From NCBI GenBank assembly GCA_964019425.1, contig OZ025798.1, forward strand, positions 744,001 through 808,000: a stretch of DNA of 64,000 nt. The letters are read 5' to 3'. The position numbers were made by a program, and so were the translations under genes. Position 1 is the first letter of the stretch, and every line of letters begins with the position of its first letter. This document shows positions 1-10,396 of the stretch, piece after piece. Below the pieces are notes generated by a model. That model had not been told where the DNA came from, did no database searches, and saw only the letters and a list, made by a program, of their open reading frames with translations. The DNA is from Flectonema sp. DT1601 (Eukaryota).

Positions 1-350
1 TCGGAAATGAAAATGTCACATCTGGTGCGGCAAACGATCTCGAGCAGGCAACCAGACTAGCCAATGCAATGGTCAGGAAATTTGGTCTTTCGTCAGGAAT
101 GGGTCTTGTGGATTACTCTTTTAGTGATGACCCAGAGGGTATTTATCTCTCTGAACGTACTAGAGCTCTCATCGAAAATGAAGTTCGTACTCTCCTCGAC
201 ACTGCCTATACAGAGGCTACGGATGTAATCGTTTCAAAGAGACCGATCCTTAATGAAATCGCTGAAGGTCTTCTTCAGTCCGATACTTTAACTGGCAAAC
301 AGATGAGAGAAATGGCTGGTGTCCCTGAGCCAGTTGATTCCAATAAATAG
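1..350 (+). CDS. FtsH/YME1-type ATP-dependent zinc metalloprotease, C-terminal part (peptidase M41); 5' truncated by window edge
   Basis: Frame open from base 3: GNENVTSGAANDLEQATRLANAMVRKFGLS...IENEVRTLLDTAY...LLQSDTLTG, the typical M41 C-terminal pattern; stop TAG at 348-350. Confidence 0.9.
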   Translation, partial: GNENVTSGAANDLEQATRLANAMVRKFGLSSGMGLVDYSFSDDPEGIYLSERTRALIENEVRTLLDTAYTEATDVIVSKRPILNEIAEGLLQSDTLTGKQMREMAGVPEPVDSNK

Positions 351-712
351 AATATTTTTCTTTTTCTGTGATTTTTTTTTTTTTGATTTTATTCATTTTT
401 ATTTACTTTATGTTAATGGAGGTTGAGGGGGATATCCTTTATGCCTATCCTGATATCAAAAGACGTTATTTGAATGTAAGGCAATTCGTAGAATTGTGAA
501 GAGTTAACCAATAAAAACAATAATAAGATTCGTACCATAACGACGTCTCAGAAAACATGAACTTCGTTCAACCACCGTATTAGTCAAATGATACCCGATA
601 TCACATTTGATGATGTGTTTTAATGAACAACAGCAACAGTGAGGTTAATCTCAAAAAAAAACTTTTTTTTCTCTCTTTTTTTTCTACCAACTAGTTTATT
701 AAACACAAGTGG

Positions 713-748
<36 letters not shown>

Positions 749-865
749 AAAAAGATGCGCAAGTAGAACAAATTTCAGTTTTTTTTTTTTTTAAAAAATC
801 CCTCTCAATCAAGTTTTTAACAATTTCTTTTTTTAAAAAAAACAGATTCCGAAAAATAAAATAAA

Positions 866-2512
866 ATGACGAAGTTATGTATCCCTTTATGTGAATTGGA
901 CACACCTGAGATGAGAGATAGAAAAGAAAAATTACTGAACTTCGTAGGTCTCCCTGAACATTTTGAATTATCTAACTCTGAGGAACCAATCATACCACAG
1001 GAATGGATAAGTCGGGTCAGAATACTTTGTATGGATGAGACTGACTTGTATCAATGGAATCCTTACAAAGATGGTAATAAAGTGGATTACGTATCACATT
1101 GGAATGAATTAAAAACAATCAGAATGCTTCGAAAACTACTACTAAACACGAAATACGAAGAATACCTAAACTCTTACAGTTATAACGTCTCTCCGAAGAC
1201 GATAATTGAACCGAATGAAATATTGAGTTATGAAGGTGAATTGTTGAACTTAAAAACTCTTTTAGAGTCCAATAATATGCAAATATCCCATCTGTCACCT
1301 TGTCTATTTCCAGAAACAACTGGAAGAGGATTGATTGCTACGACTGATATAAAATATCCTCAACCGATACTTAGCATTCCTCGTAAACTATTATTTAATG
1401 TTCATTCAGCTAAGGAGAGTTTTTTGTGGTCTGTTTTTGAGATGCACGGGCTAGATAATGATACCCGTCTGCTTTTATTTTTAATTTACGAAAAGTTTAG
1501 AGGGGAACGTCCATCTTCAGTCTTTTCATTTAATTGGAATTCTTTCATAAAACTACTACCAGATTCTTATGATACACTTTTCTTTTGGTCAGAGTCTGAC
1601 TTAAGAGAGCTTCAAGGTACGAAGTTGCTTTCATCTGCGATGGAACAAAAACAACATTTGAAACATATCTTTGATTCGTTGTTTCCTAAATTGATATTGC
1701 AACACCCAGATATCTTTCCTGAAGAGATATTTTCATGGAATAATTTTATGTGGGGACGAGCGGTTTTTGATTCTCGTGCTTTCGTAATAAAGATTAAGAA
1801 TGAGGAAGTTACGACTTTAGTCCCGTTCGCAGAGTTTGTGAATCACACGGGTGACTCTCTTGGGCATGTATCTTACAGGAGATATGATGAAGTGACTGAT
1901 TGTATGGTGTTGGATTCACTCTCTCATGTTGATAAGGGCCAGCAGTTATTTATGAATTACGGTCCGATGCAAAATTATGAACTTGTTCAGAACTACGGAT
2001 TTGTATTAGAAGACAATCCTCTTGAAACTTGTGTAGTCGGAGTCGAGTTAGACGGTGATGATGAGTTGTATCATTTAAAAGAAAAATCAATTTCAGATTT
2101 GGGAATCCCGTCAGAACACATGGTCACATCAAACCCTGATAAAAACCATTATCTTATGGCTGCTTTAAGAGTTGCAGTCTCAGAAGATGAAGAAACAATA
2201 GCCAAATGTGTTTCCAACTACAACTCTATCAGAGGACCTATTTCAGAACAGAATGAATCATCAGCGAAACAGTTGCTTTATTATGTCTGTCAAGGTTTGC
2301 TGTCGGGATATCCAACAACTCTCAGTGAAGACATCGATCTTTTAGACTTGCTTAATATTAACAAATCAAAACCTTTGCATACGGAGGTGTTATCTACTAC
2401 TCATTTAGAGTTAGCATTGATATACAGAATTGGTCAGAAAAAACTAATTCAAAATGTCATCGATTGGACTGGTGTTGTCGAAGACTTTACTGATGCTGAG
2501 ATGGATAACTGA
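866..2512 (+). CDS. SET-domain lysine/histidine methyltransferase, Rubisco-LSMT/SETD3-like family
   Basis: TGRGLIAT, ILSIP, FDSRAF, LVPFAEFVNH, QLFMNYG...NYELVQNYGFV SET motifs followed by an LSMT substrate-binding-like tail (YPTTLSEDI...LALIYRIGQKKLI). Confidence 0.88.
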   Translation: MTKLCIPLCELDTPEMRDRKEKLLNFVGLPEHFELSNSEEPIIPQEWISRVRILCMDETDLYQWNPYKDGNKVDYVSHWNELKTIRMLRKLLLNTKYEEYLNSYSYNVSPKTIIEPNEILSYEGELLNLKTLLESNNMQISHLSPCLFPETTGRGLIATTDIKYPQPILSIPRKLLFNVHSAKESFLWSVFEMHGLDNDTRLLLFLIYEKFRGERPSSVFSFNWNSFIKLLPDSYDTLFFWSESDLRELQGTKLLSSAMEQKQHLKHIFDSLFPKLILQHPDIFPEEIFSWNNFMWGRAVFDSRAFVIKIKNEEVTTLVPFAEFVNHTGDSLGHVSYRRYDEVTDCMVLDSLSHVDKGQQLFMNYGPMQNYELVQNYGFVLEDNPLETCVVGVELDGDDELYHLKEKSISDLGIPSEHMVTSNPDKNHYLMAALRVAVSEDEETIAKCVSNYNSIRGPISEQNESSAKQLLYYVCQGLLSGYPTTLSEDIDLLDLLNINKSKPLHTEVLSTTHLELALIYRIGQKKLIQNVIDWTGVVEDFTDAEMDN

Positions 2513-2642
2513 TCACTGTTTTTTTTATCACATTTTTTGCGTTAAGGGATTCAATTTTGAGTACCTTTTTTTTAAAATTTTTTTTTCTTCCCCACTCAGA
2601 AAATTTCTCAACACCCAACATGAAAACTTAACAAAACGACAC

Positions 2643-3452
2643 ATGTCTGATCTCTCTCTTGAGGCAACTGGTCGAGGTATTCAAATTGACGATTATTTGA
2701 TTGACTATGACCTGGTTGGTAGCTACATGGGTGTTAGGCATCAACTGGGAAACGGAACCAAAACACTTGCCGCTGTCGCAAATTTATTTTTAATTTTAGA
2801 CTGGTTGATAACCCTATCGTATATAACAGCTTTATACTTCTATGAGAAACTGGCATCCGCTGTCATAGGTACTGCTTGTTTGGTATTTATAGAAATCTTT
2901 ACGTACATAATCTTGACAGACAGAAGTGATAACAAGGTGACTTCTGTGTATTCTTGGCCACAGAGACTTCGTTGGGTGTCATTCTTACTTCCACTGACTG
3001 ATTTAAAATCGTTTATAAAAGTTTGTAAAACACTTTTTTATGAATCACTTTTGGTTTACTGTTGGCAATCAGTTTTAATCGCTAGGCATGTTTGCTTTTC
3101 ATGTGTTCTTCGATTTTCTTTGTTAGTTCCTTTATACCTCCAACAGGCTTTGTTAGTGTTTTCATTGAGACCTTTTGTTTTGTCTTTCCACTTACTTTTT
3201 ATAGTTTTGGTTATGTCGTTAACTTATGCGTTGAGGAGTTTACATTCAACGTCGCTTCCTTGGATAAACTGCTTTGGTCTTCCTCAGCCACTTCCATCAA
3301 GAGTTGAAATTGGTGTTGGAATGATATGTATGTATTATTGTTATTACTTGTTGATAATATTTTTCAAATATTATCATATTTGAAAAAAAAACAAACAAAA
3401 TGAATAAACAGACTTAATAATTTCTAGTCTTGTAGTGGTATTGGTGCGGTGA
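2643..3452 (+). CDS. Small multi-pass membrane protein, exon structure ambiguous
   Basis: ATG 2643; hydrophobic segments. Candidate introns 3021-3085 (GTTTGT..CTAG) and 3328-3411 (GTATGT..AAACAG). Splicing the first gives a stop at 3307. Splicing only the second gives the hydrophobic end EIGVGMIYLIISSLVVVLVR* (stop about 3452). Confidence 0.5.
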
Positions 3453-3652
3453 TACTAATCAAGAGAACGAGGGTTTTCTTTTTTTTTTTATTGTTACCTA
3501 CGCTGTTGTTTTTTTTTACACTGTAGCTGTCTTCGTCTAAAATAGATTCTTATTTTATAATCGTTCTGTTGTTGAGGTGGTTTTTTTTCTTTCTTCTTTT
3601 CTCTCTGTTTTAAAAACTGAATTTTTAAAACAGTTTGATCTTAACATAAAAC

Positions 3653-4195
3653 ATGACTTGTGATCTTTTTATTGAAAAGTTAAGAAGTTTAAATGTCAAA
3701 GTAATCGCCTTTGATATGGATCAAACTGCTGTAAGAGCACACTCTATGGGACAGCTTAAGAAGGAAGATTTTAATAAATACGCTGATAAGGCTAGTGATG
3801 ATTTTTTAGAAATCATCCCCATCCTTATCAAAGAGGGTTTTAAAATAGCGATTGCGACTCATTCTGATGAAGTAGAATACGGAGATGAAATCCATCCTCG
3901 AACACATCTACTTGGATATCATTTGGTTGATAAATTATTATCACAACTTTTTCCAATCGAAATTAAAGATCAATTTTTCATTGTAGCATACAATCCTAGA
4001 AGACGTCAAGATGATGTAAATCTTGGTAAGACATATCACGTAAATAAAATTAGTTTACATTACAACGTTCTTCAAAGAGAAGTGATTCTCTTTGATGATG
4101 ATGAGGATAATATTTCCCAAACTGGTCATCTCTGCACATCCATCCCTGTTAATCCAGATGTAGGATTCGTATATTTTGACTTACTAAATTATTAA
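3653..4195 (+). CDS. HAD-superfamily phosphatase (small, capless type)
   Basis: Motif I VIAFDMDQT (DxDxT), motif II IAIATHSD, motif III GKTYH, motif IV ILFDDDEDN. Confidence 0.8.
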   Translation: MTCDLFIEKLRSLNVKVIAFDMDQTAVRAHSMGQLKKEDFNKYADKASDDFLEIIPILIKEGFKIAIATHSDEVEYGDEIHPRTHLLGYHLVDKLLSQLFPIEIKDQFFIVAYNPRRRQDDVNLGKTYHVNKISLHYNVLQREVILFDDDEDNISQTGHLCTSIPVNPDVGFVYFDLLNY

Positions 4196-4451
4196 TTGAA
4201 ATTAATCACTTTCATCTATCATTATTTTTTTTGCGACAGCTCTATTTCTCTAACCCTTTCTGTCAGCAATTCTTGTTTGACTAGATTTGCGTCAATGTGA
4301 GTATTTCACTTTTTTTTTTTTTTTAAAATTATTTTCTCATACAGGACGAGGGAAAGTATCAATTGTTTTCCCCACTGACCGCTGACAGTCAAGATTGTCG
4401 GAGAAATTGTTGTTCCTTTTGAGCTTAAGAATGCAGTATCAAATTACCCGA

Positions 4452-4525
4452 CTCTGATTAAATAAAAAATAATTAATTGCAATCAGCTGACGTGATCTTT
4501 TAGATCTCATTCTGAGGAGAAATAT
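4452..4525 (+). ncRNA. Putative box C/D snoRNA paralog 1 (degenerate C box)
   Basis: TGATTA (C-like), then guide TAATTGCAATCAG + CTGA (4487-4490), then GATCTCATT + CTGA (4522-4525). Same guide as the copies at 4581 and 5181. Confidence 0.45.
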
Positions 4526-4580
4526 TTTCCTATTTTCTGAGTTGTCGTATTCTTTGAGAATGTCTTCTCGATTAGTTTAA

Positions 4581-4666
4581 ATGATGAAAAAAAAAAACTA
4601 CCAAATAATTGCAATCAGCTGAAAGAATCTATTATCAGATCTTATGGGGAGAAACGTCTTTTCTGA
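4581..4666 (+). ncRNA. Putative box C/D snoRNA paralog 2, guide antisense to SSU rRNA (G)AUUGCAAUUAUU
   Basis: C box ATGATGA 4581-4587; AATAATTGCAATCAG directly before CTGA 4619-4622 (D'); CTGA 4663-4666 (D). The guide is the reverse complement of a conserved SSU segment just upstream of AACGAGGAAU. Confidence 0.65.
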
Positions 4667-4675
4667 TCTTCTGCT

Positions 4676-5188
4676 GTCTGTCGAGTCTCTTTGTGTACTT
4701 GTCTTGAAAGAATCTGTAGTGAGGTTTCGTACTATCGTATCGTAACCGTAGTAACTGGAAAGCCTCATGAATGATGAAGTCTGTCGAGTCTCTTTGTGTA
4801 CTGTCTTGAAAGAATCTGTAGTGAGGTTTCGTACTATCGTATCGTAACCGTAGTAACTGGAAAGCCTCATGAATGATGAAGTCTGTCGAGTCTCTTTGTG
4901 TACTTGTCTTGAAAGAATCTGTAGTGAGGTTTCGTACTATCGTATCGTAACCGTAGTAACTGGAAAGCCTCATGAATGATGAAGTCTGTCGAGTCTCTTT
5001 GTGTACTTGTCTTGAAAGAATCTGTAGTGAGGTTTCGTACTATCGTATCGTAACCGTAGTAACTGGAAAGCCTCATGAATGATGAAGTCTGTCGAGTCTC
5101 TTTGTGTACTGTCTTGAAAGAATCTGTAGTGAGGTTTCGTACTATCGTATCGTAACCGTAGTAACTGGAAAGCCTCATGAATGATGAA
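4676..5188. repeat. Tandem array, 5 copies of a 102/103-bp unit
   Basis: Units start at 4676, 4779, 4881, 4984, 5087 and are identical except for a 1-nt indel (GTACTTGTC vs GTACTGTC). Each has a hairpin TGAGGTTTC..TACTA..TAGTA..GAAAGCCTCA and ends in ATGAATGATGAA. Confidence 0.97.
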
Positions 5189-5240
5189 TATAATAAATAA
5201 TTGCAATCAGCTGAATATTGATCTCATTTTTTTTATGATT
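5181..5240 (+). ncRNA. Putative box C/D snoRNA paralog 3
   Basis: ATGATGA 5181-5187, AATAATTGCAATCAG + CTGA (5211-5214), then GATCTCAT as in paralog 1; terminal D box unclear. Confidence 0.5.
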
Positions 5241-5363
5241 TCAGTTGAGGAAAAAAAACATCCAACATTCTGACGACGAATACGATGAAGTGTCTGCTGC
5301 TAATCTGAACCAAGAAATACCTTTCAAATGTGAACAAACTAATTTCCTCAGAAATAACAATAA

Positions 5364-6212
5364 ATGCCGACAAGGAAAAGAGTTGAGGATGACGAATCGA
5401 GTGAGATGTCGTGTTCAGAAAGTAGTTCATCAGAAACAGGAAGTTCTTCAAGCGAAGAAGAGTCGTCCAGCTCAAGTGAGTCTTCCGATGATAAAATAGT
5501 TGTAAGAAAGAAACGAAAGGCTGCTCCAAAGAAAGCGACTCCAAAGAGAAAGCAACCAACTAGTGACTCTGATGATGATAAGATTATAATCTCAAGGAGT
5601 AAATCAAACTCACCGAAGAATCCAAAATCGACATCGAGAAGCGTAAAACGAACTCAACCAGCTCTCAAGGAAGGAATGACTATCTTCAACTGTGGAGGTG
5701 ATGGTACTGTAGCTCTCTCTTTGATGAAATATAATCGAAATGATAGAAAGCGGCTTCTGAAAATAGATTTGAGCGACCCGGAACTGCTATCGAAGGTGCG
5801 CGGAGTAGCCAGTATCAAGGGAGACATTGAACAGAGTGAGCAAAAGGCATCACCAACACCACCACCAACACCTCCACCAACAACAACACCAATATCAATA
5901 CCGTCACCTTCTTCTACAATAGTAAAGGAAACTACTGAGAAGGAAGTATTGATCAAACCGATTGAAACTATTGTTGTTGACGAGGAACCAGAACAACAAC
6001 AGCCTCCAAAAACACCCGAAAAACAACTTCTGGTTGCGGGCTCATGTTCACAACCATCCACACCCATCACACCAGCTGTCGTTAAAACACCTCCTTCAGC
6101 TGTCAAAAGAACTCCTTCTTCATCAACAAGGAAACCTGGCCCTAAAATACAACCATCGATTAAAGCTTTCTTTAGTAGTATGACTATGAAAAAGAAAACT
6201 CCTGAGAAGTGA
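5364..6212 (+). CDS. Low-complexity (Ser/acidic, Lys, Pro-Thr rich) nuclear-type protein with C-terminal PIP box
   Basis: 282-aa ORF; basic clusters RKKRK; QPSIKAFF near the C-terminus fits Qxx[ILM]xxFF. Confidence 0.7.
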   Translation: MPTRKRVEDDESSEMSCSESSSSETGSSSSEEESSSSSESSDDKIVVRKKRKAAPKKATPKRKQPTSDSDDDKIIISRSKSNSPKNPKSTSRSVKRTQPALKEGMTIFNCGGDGTVALSLMKYNRNDRKRLLKIDLSDPELLSKVRGVASIKGDIEQSEQKASPTPPPTPPPTTTPISIPSPSSTIVKETTEKEVLIKPIETIVVDEEPEQQQPPKTPEKQLLVAGSCSQPSTPITPAVVKTPPSAVKRTPSSSTRKPGPKIQPSIKAFFSSMTMKKKTPEK

Positions 6213-6550
6213 TCAGCGGAGTTCATTTGTATTCAACTGTGTCATTAAAATAGTTTTGTGAGGACGTTTCATTTGAAACCCTCACAAGTATTGTCTTCAG
6301 TAACGCGTTACCATGTTTATCGTGTTTTTCTTTTTCTTTCTTTTCAATTTCCCCTCCGTATGTGTGTTTGCGCGCAATCGGATATTCGTATAGATTACAA
6401 ACATGTACTGACATCCTCATGTCATTAGTTGTTGTTATCAATAAATTAATTAACAAAACTACAGGAAATGAAATGACTAAACTAATCAATTAAGTGAAGT
6501 ATTGTATACCTTGATTTCAATAGTACTTTTAGTTACAGTAATTGAAGTAC

Positions 6551-9500
6551 ATGGAGAATGTTGTTGGGAGTAGGGGGATAGATACTCCAGACTCTACGAG
6601 AGCATGGCAGAGACTGGGTAGTATTATTCACTTGATTCAGCAGCTTCAACATGAGGTTTGCATCGGCGGAGATGAAGTTTCCAGACACGCAACAGGTCTG
6701 CAACAAGTCTCACAATCAATAAAGAAAGATCGCTTTACCATATCTCGAAACATATCTGACTCTACTGTTCTAGTCGCTGAATGCACCATCGCAGAGGTAT
6801 TGGAGTCTGCGAGGAAATGGCAGCTGTCTTGGAAACCTCCTTCGGGACTAATGCGTCAAATATCAGTTGATTGGGGATATCGAATTGCTTTAGCATTAAA
6901 ACCTTTTGGTATACCTTACGTCTTGTATGCAACAAATACGACTCCAGTTCGATCCCCGTTGTCGAGGACAGCCAGATCACCATCAGTCGCTGATGCAGTT
7001 TTTCCAATTTCTAGTAGTGAACCTGCTTCGATGGTCATTCCATCATCACCCAGTAAGAGAGCAGTTACTTCAGAAATCAAACGAAAAGAAGCATTCATGC
7101 AGATAGCAATGCAGCGAAAGAATATCTCAGTTACAGGACCCCTGTTGTCGCTATCAACTGATGATGAGACTGGTTGGGAATCACATGTTGGATTGTTAAG
7201 AAATGATAGCACTCAATACTGTTTTAAATTATTTTCTGATACTACAGCAGCTGAGAGATTGTTCAGAAGTGAATTATTTACTCAACTGAATCTGTCATAT
7301 CATCCGAATATTCCTAACTTAGTTGGATGGTGTTACAGCACAAGGGGTGCCATGTCATCAAGTTTTGGTAGTCCCCGAGGATCAAAATTTGGTAGTCCTC
7401 GGACATCAAAATTTGGCAGTCCTCGGGGATCAAAATTTGATAGTCCGAAATTTGCGAATCGAAGTAATAGAAGTGTTGCTTTTGAAAATGAAATTGGATT
7501 CTCATTTAGCAGAAAGAGAACAGGAAGAAATAAAACACTTGCACCGGTATCTCCATCATCACCTCGTGAGTCAATTGCTGTTGGTTTACCGAGTAGTTGG
7601 GACGATGATGATGATAATGATGATGAACCATTTCCTTTTAGTACTAGACTACCACAAGGACCACTTCTTATATTTGAACACTTCGATGGTCCTCTTGATG
7701 ACGTACTTCAATATCGACAACTTGGAAAGGACGCTCATCGACTAGTCATTGCTCAAGTGTTGAGAGCTCTGATTCACATCCATGCGTCATCCCCAAGAGG
7801 TTTTGTTCATGGTTTGATTAATGGAAATACCGTTCTCATAGAACCCGATGGAACAACAAAGTTAACCGGTATTGAAACAGTCTTGGAATCAGATGATGCA
7901 GATGAGCCACCAAAATTATTATCAGAAACTCATTCTAATCCGTGTTATCAGGCTCCTGAATTATTACTTGCTACTGGTCTGGTTAGACCTAGTTCTGATA
8001 TTTATAGTATTGGTTGTTTGTTATACAAAATGTTGACTGGTTGTGATCCTCCTCTTGACCCCGACAACACTTCAGGTGTAATTCAGAAGGCTGCTGGTGA
8101 TGGAAGTATTCCAACGAACTGGATGGCGATTATTAAAAAATGTGTTAATTCAAATCCTAAAGAACGACCAACAGCAGCAGATGTACTTGCGATGGTTGAG
8201 AATACCATCGCAGTAGTTGAAGTAGAGCAACCATCGCCTGAAATAACTCCACAGTACGAATTAGCATCAGATGTTTCATCAGAGGTGGTCTCACCGCAGA
8301 GTAAAGCTCGTCGAGACTTAAAAACTGAATTATCACTTTTAGGATGTGACATCTCATCGTCAGCTGACTCATCACATGCTTCGGTGTCTGTGACTGATGA
8401 TGACTCCTCCTCATCGATTTCAGAATTTGCTGCTACTCGTCCTCAGAAGTCTCTCACCATCAAGACTGACTTTTCAACACCAAAAAACGTCAAAAAGGGT
8501 CTCTTGTTTGACAGACCAGTAAAGTCACATCAAAAACGACAGCCTGCGGGAAAAAGTACTCCGAGTCGAACAAAGAATCAACTGAGAATAGTAAAGGAAC
8601 CACAGAAAGCAGAGAAAACAAGATTACCAATGACAGAAGGCGATCCAATAGAGACGGACATTGTGGGGACAGAGCCATTGATGAGGAGAGTTCCTGTAGC
8701 TGACCTTGAAGAGGATGAGATGGAATTATTTTATGAAGCTGGTGAACTTGATAAAGATGACAACTGGGTACTCGAACGTAAACATCGTCTTCTTGAGATT
8801 GAAAGACTTAGAAATGAAATAGACACACTCGACAGGGAACGATCGATAGAACCTTTTGGGTACAAACAACACGTCGTTGAAAAGGAGTCTGCGATTGAAT
8901 TTAGAAAGCTATGCGATGATAAAAGTCAAGATGCGACTGGAATCTTACGTGAAAACGGAGGCAAATACAAAGGAACTGCCTACGCTGATCTTTCAATGGC
9001 TGTGTGGTGTCAACGAACAGGCGCAACATCCGACGAAACTCACAGCTATCTCGAACAAGCAGTGAAATTAGCTGCTGAGAACGATGCGGAACCGCTTTCG
9101 TTTTTGGGATTTCATTTTATTGATCAATACAATGCGAAGATCCAACAGGTTGAAACATCTTTTTCTATCTTGATTCTAAACGACAATGTAATTAGACTCT
9201 CTTCATATAATGTTGATACTCTCCCACCACCTGGTTGTACTATAAAGTTACCAATGGTCTCTGATAACTTGATATGGTTTGTTGAACAGTCAATTCAAGG
9301 TGGTGTTAAAATAACAACCAGAGAACAACTTGAAGAAAGGAGACGAGTTTTAAACAAATTCATGGTACGTGAAGACTGCACAGATGAAGAATGGAATGAA
9401 AGTGAAGAAATTTTATGGAAATCTGGTCAAGCTGAAATCGGTCAAGAATTTAAACACTGTGGCTCATGGTGTGAAGCAGAAGAAACTATCTACGATGATC

Positions 9501-10396
9501 AACACAACAAATTACAACAAAAACTCGACATCGCTGATGAAATCTTCTCAAAGGCAGCTGGTATCGATCCGACTCACTTACAAAGTATGTCGGGGTATGC
9601 TAAAACACTTGTTCTTAAAAAAGAATACGAATCGGCTGTAAAAATTATTCGCCAAGCACTAAAATACAACAAAGAAGAACCAATGCTTTATGCACAACTC
9701 GCTGAAGTATTACATCACCACTTTCCTTCTCAACATAAAGAAGCAGAGGCAGCTTATCGATCGGCAGCGAAATTTGGTTGTAAAACTGAACAAGCAAACC
9801 TACAGGGAAATCTTGCTTCGTTTTTGGTTCAAACTGGAGCAAGGGTTGCATCATTAACAGCGTTCCGTTCAGCGCTGGAGGCGGATCCAGATCATGCGAA
9901 TAATCTTTATAATGCGGCGTTGTTCTTAAAGATTGTTGGCAGGTCTCGTCTTGAACTCGAAACACGAAGTGCTGATGCTGACGTTCGCAAGGAACCAACG
10001 TTGTCGGTAATTGCCTACCGGCTGTTGAAAAGGTCTTCTGAGTTGGGTCACAGGAATGCAGATCGTGAGAGACATACTCTTCACTCGGCGTTGTTTTATT
10101 TTCATCCAAAACACGCTCATGCTGCTTCACATGGTCCTGCTGTGATCCCGGAGGGAATTGATCATTTGTTTGCTTCTAATATTCCTCGTGATATTCCAAC
10201 TGCTAATTATAAACATGTTTTGGGAGTTAAAAAACCTCGTCGTCGTTCTACCACCGCCACCACTACCACTACTACAACTGCCCCAAGCAAACGATCAGAA
10301 ACGACGTCGACAACAACGGGAAGACAAACTTCAACATCAGTTTTTACACAGTCAGCTTATTCTAGACGTACCTCTTCATCAAGAAGGGTGTCGTGA
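6551..10396 (+). CDS. Protein-kinase-fold (probable pseudokinase) protein with C-terminal TPR repeats
   Basis: Kinase subdomains: YCFKLF, YHPNIPNLVGW, LLIFEHF, FVHGLING, TKLTGI, YQAPELL, SDIYSIGCLLYKMLTG, CVNSNPKERPTA. TPR-like helices (..ALKYNKEEP.., ..ALEADPDHANNLYNAA). First ATG at 6551. Confidence 0.8.
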   Translation: MENVVGSRGIDTPDSTRAWQRLGSIIHLIQQLQHEVCIGGDEVSRHATGLQQVSQSIKKDRFTISRNISDSTVLVAECTIAEVLESARKWQLSWKPPSGLMRQISVDWGYRIALALKPFGIPYVLYATNTTPVRSPLSRTARSPSVADAVFPISSSEPASMVIPSSPSKRAVTSEIKRKEAFMQIAMQRKNISVTGPLLSLSTDDETGWESHVGLLRNDSTQYCFKLFSDTTAAERLFRSELFTQLNLSYHPNIPNLVGWCYSTRGAMSSSFGSPRGSKFGSPRTSKFGSPRGSKFDSPKFANRSNRSVAFENEIGFSFSRKRTGRNKTLAPVSPSSPRESIAVGLPSSWDDDDDNDDEPFPFSTRLPQGPLLIFEHFDGPLDDVLQYRQLGKDAHRLVIAQVLRALIHIHASSPRGFVHGLINGNTVLIEPDGTTKLTGIETVLESDDADEPPKLLSETHSNPCYQAPELLLATGLVRPSSDIYSIGCLLYKMLTGCDPPLDPDNTSGVIQKAAGDGSIPTNWMAIIKKCVNSNPKERPTAADVLAMVENTIAVVEVEQPSPEITPQYELASDVSSEVVSPQSKARRDLKTELSLLGCDISSSADSSHASVSVTDDDSSSSISEFAATRPQKSLTIKTDFSTPKNVKKGLLFDRPVKSHQKRQPAGKSTPSRTKNQLRIVKEPQKAEKTRLPMTEGDPIETDIVGTEPLMRRVPVADLEEDEMELFYEAGELDKDDNWVLERKHRLLEIERLRNEIDTLDRERSIEPFGYKQHVVEKESAIEFRKLCDDKSQDATGILRENGGKYKGTAYADLSMAVWCQRTGATSDETHSYLEQAVKLAAENDAEPLSFLGFHFIDQYNAKIQQVETSFSILILNDNVIRLSSYNVDTLPPPGCTIKLPMVSDNLIWFVEQSIQGGVKITTREQLEERRRVLNKFMVREDCTDEEWNESEEILWKSGQAEIGQEFKHCGSWCEAEETIYDDQHNKLQQKLDIADEIFSKAAGIDPTHLQSMSGYAKTLVLKKEYESAVKIIRQALKYNKEEPMLYAQLAEVLHHHFPSQHKEAEAAYRSAAKFGCKTEQANLQGNLASFLVQTGARVASLTAFRSALEADPDHANNLYNAALFLKIVGRSRLELETRSADADVRKEPTLSVIAYRLLKRSSELGHRNADRERHTLHSALFYFHPKHAHAASHGPAVIPEGIDHLFASNIPRDIPTANYKHVLGVKKPRRRSTTATTTTTTTAPSKRSETTSTTTGRQTSTSVFTQSAYSRRTSSSRRVS

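Noticed and set aside
4598..5206. Minus-strand ORFs in the 103-bp array
   Set aside because: Unit length is mostly not a multiple of 3 and frames shift between copies; by-product of the repeat.
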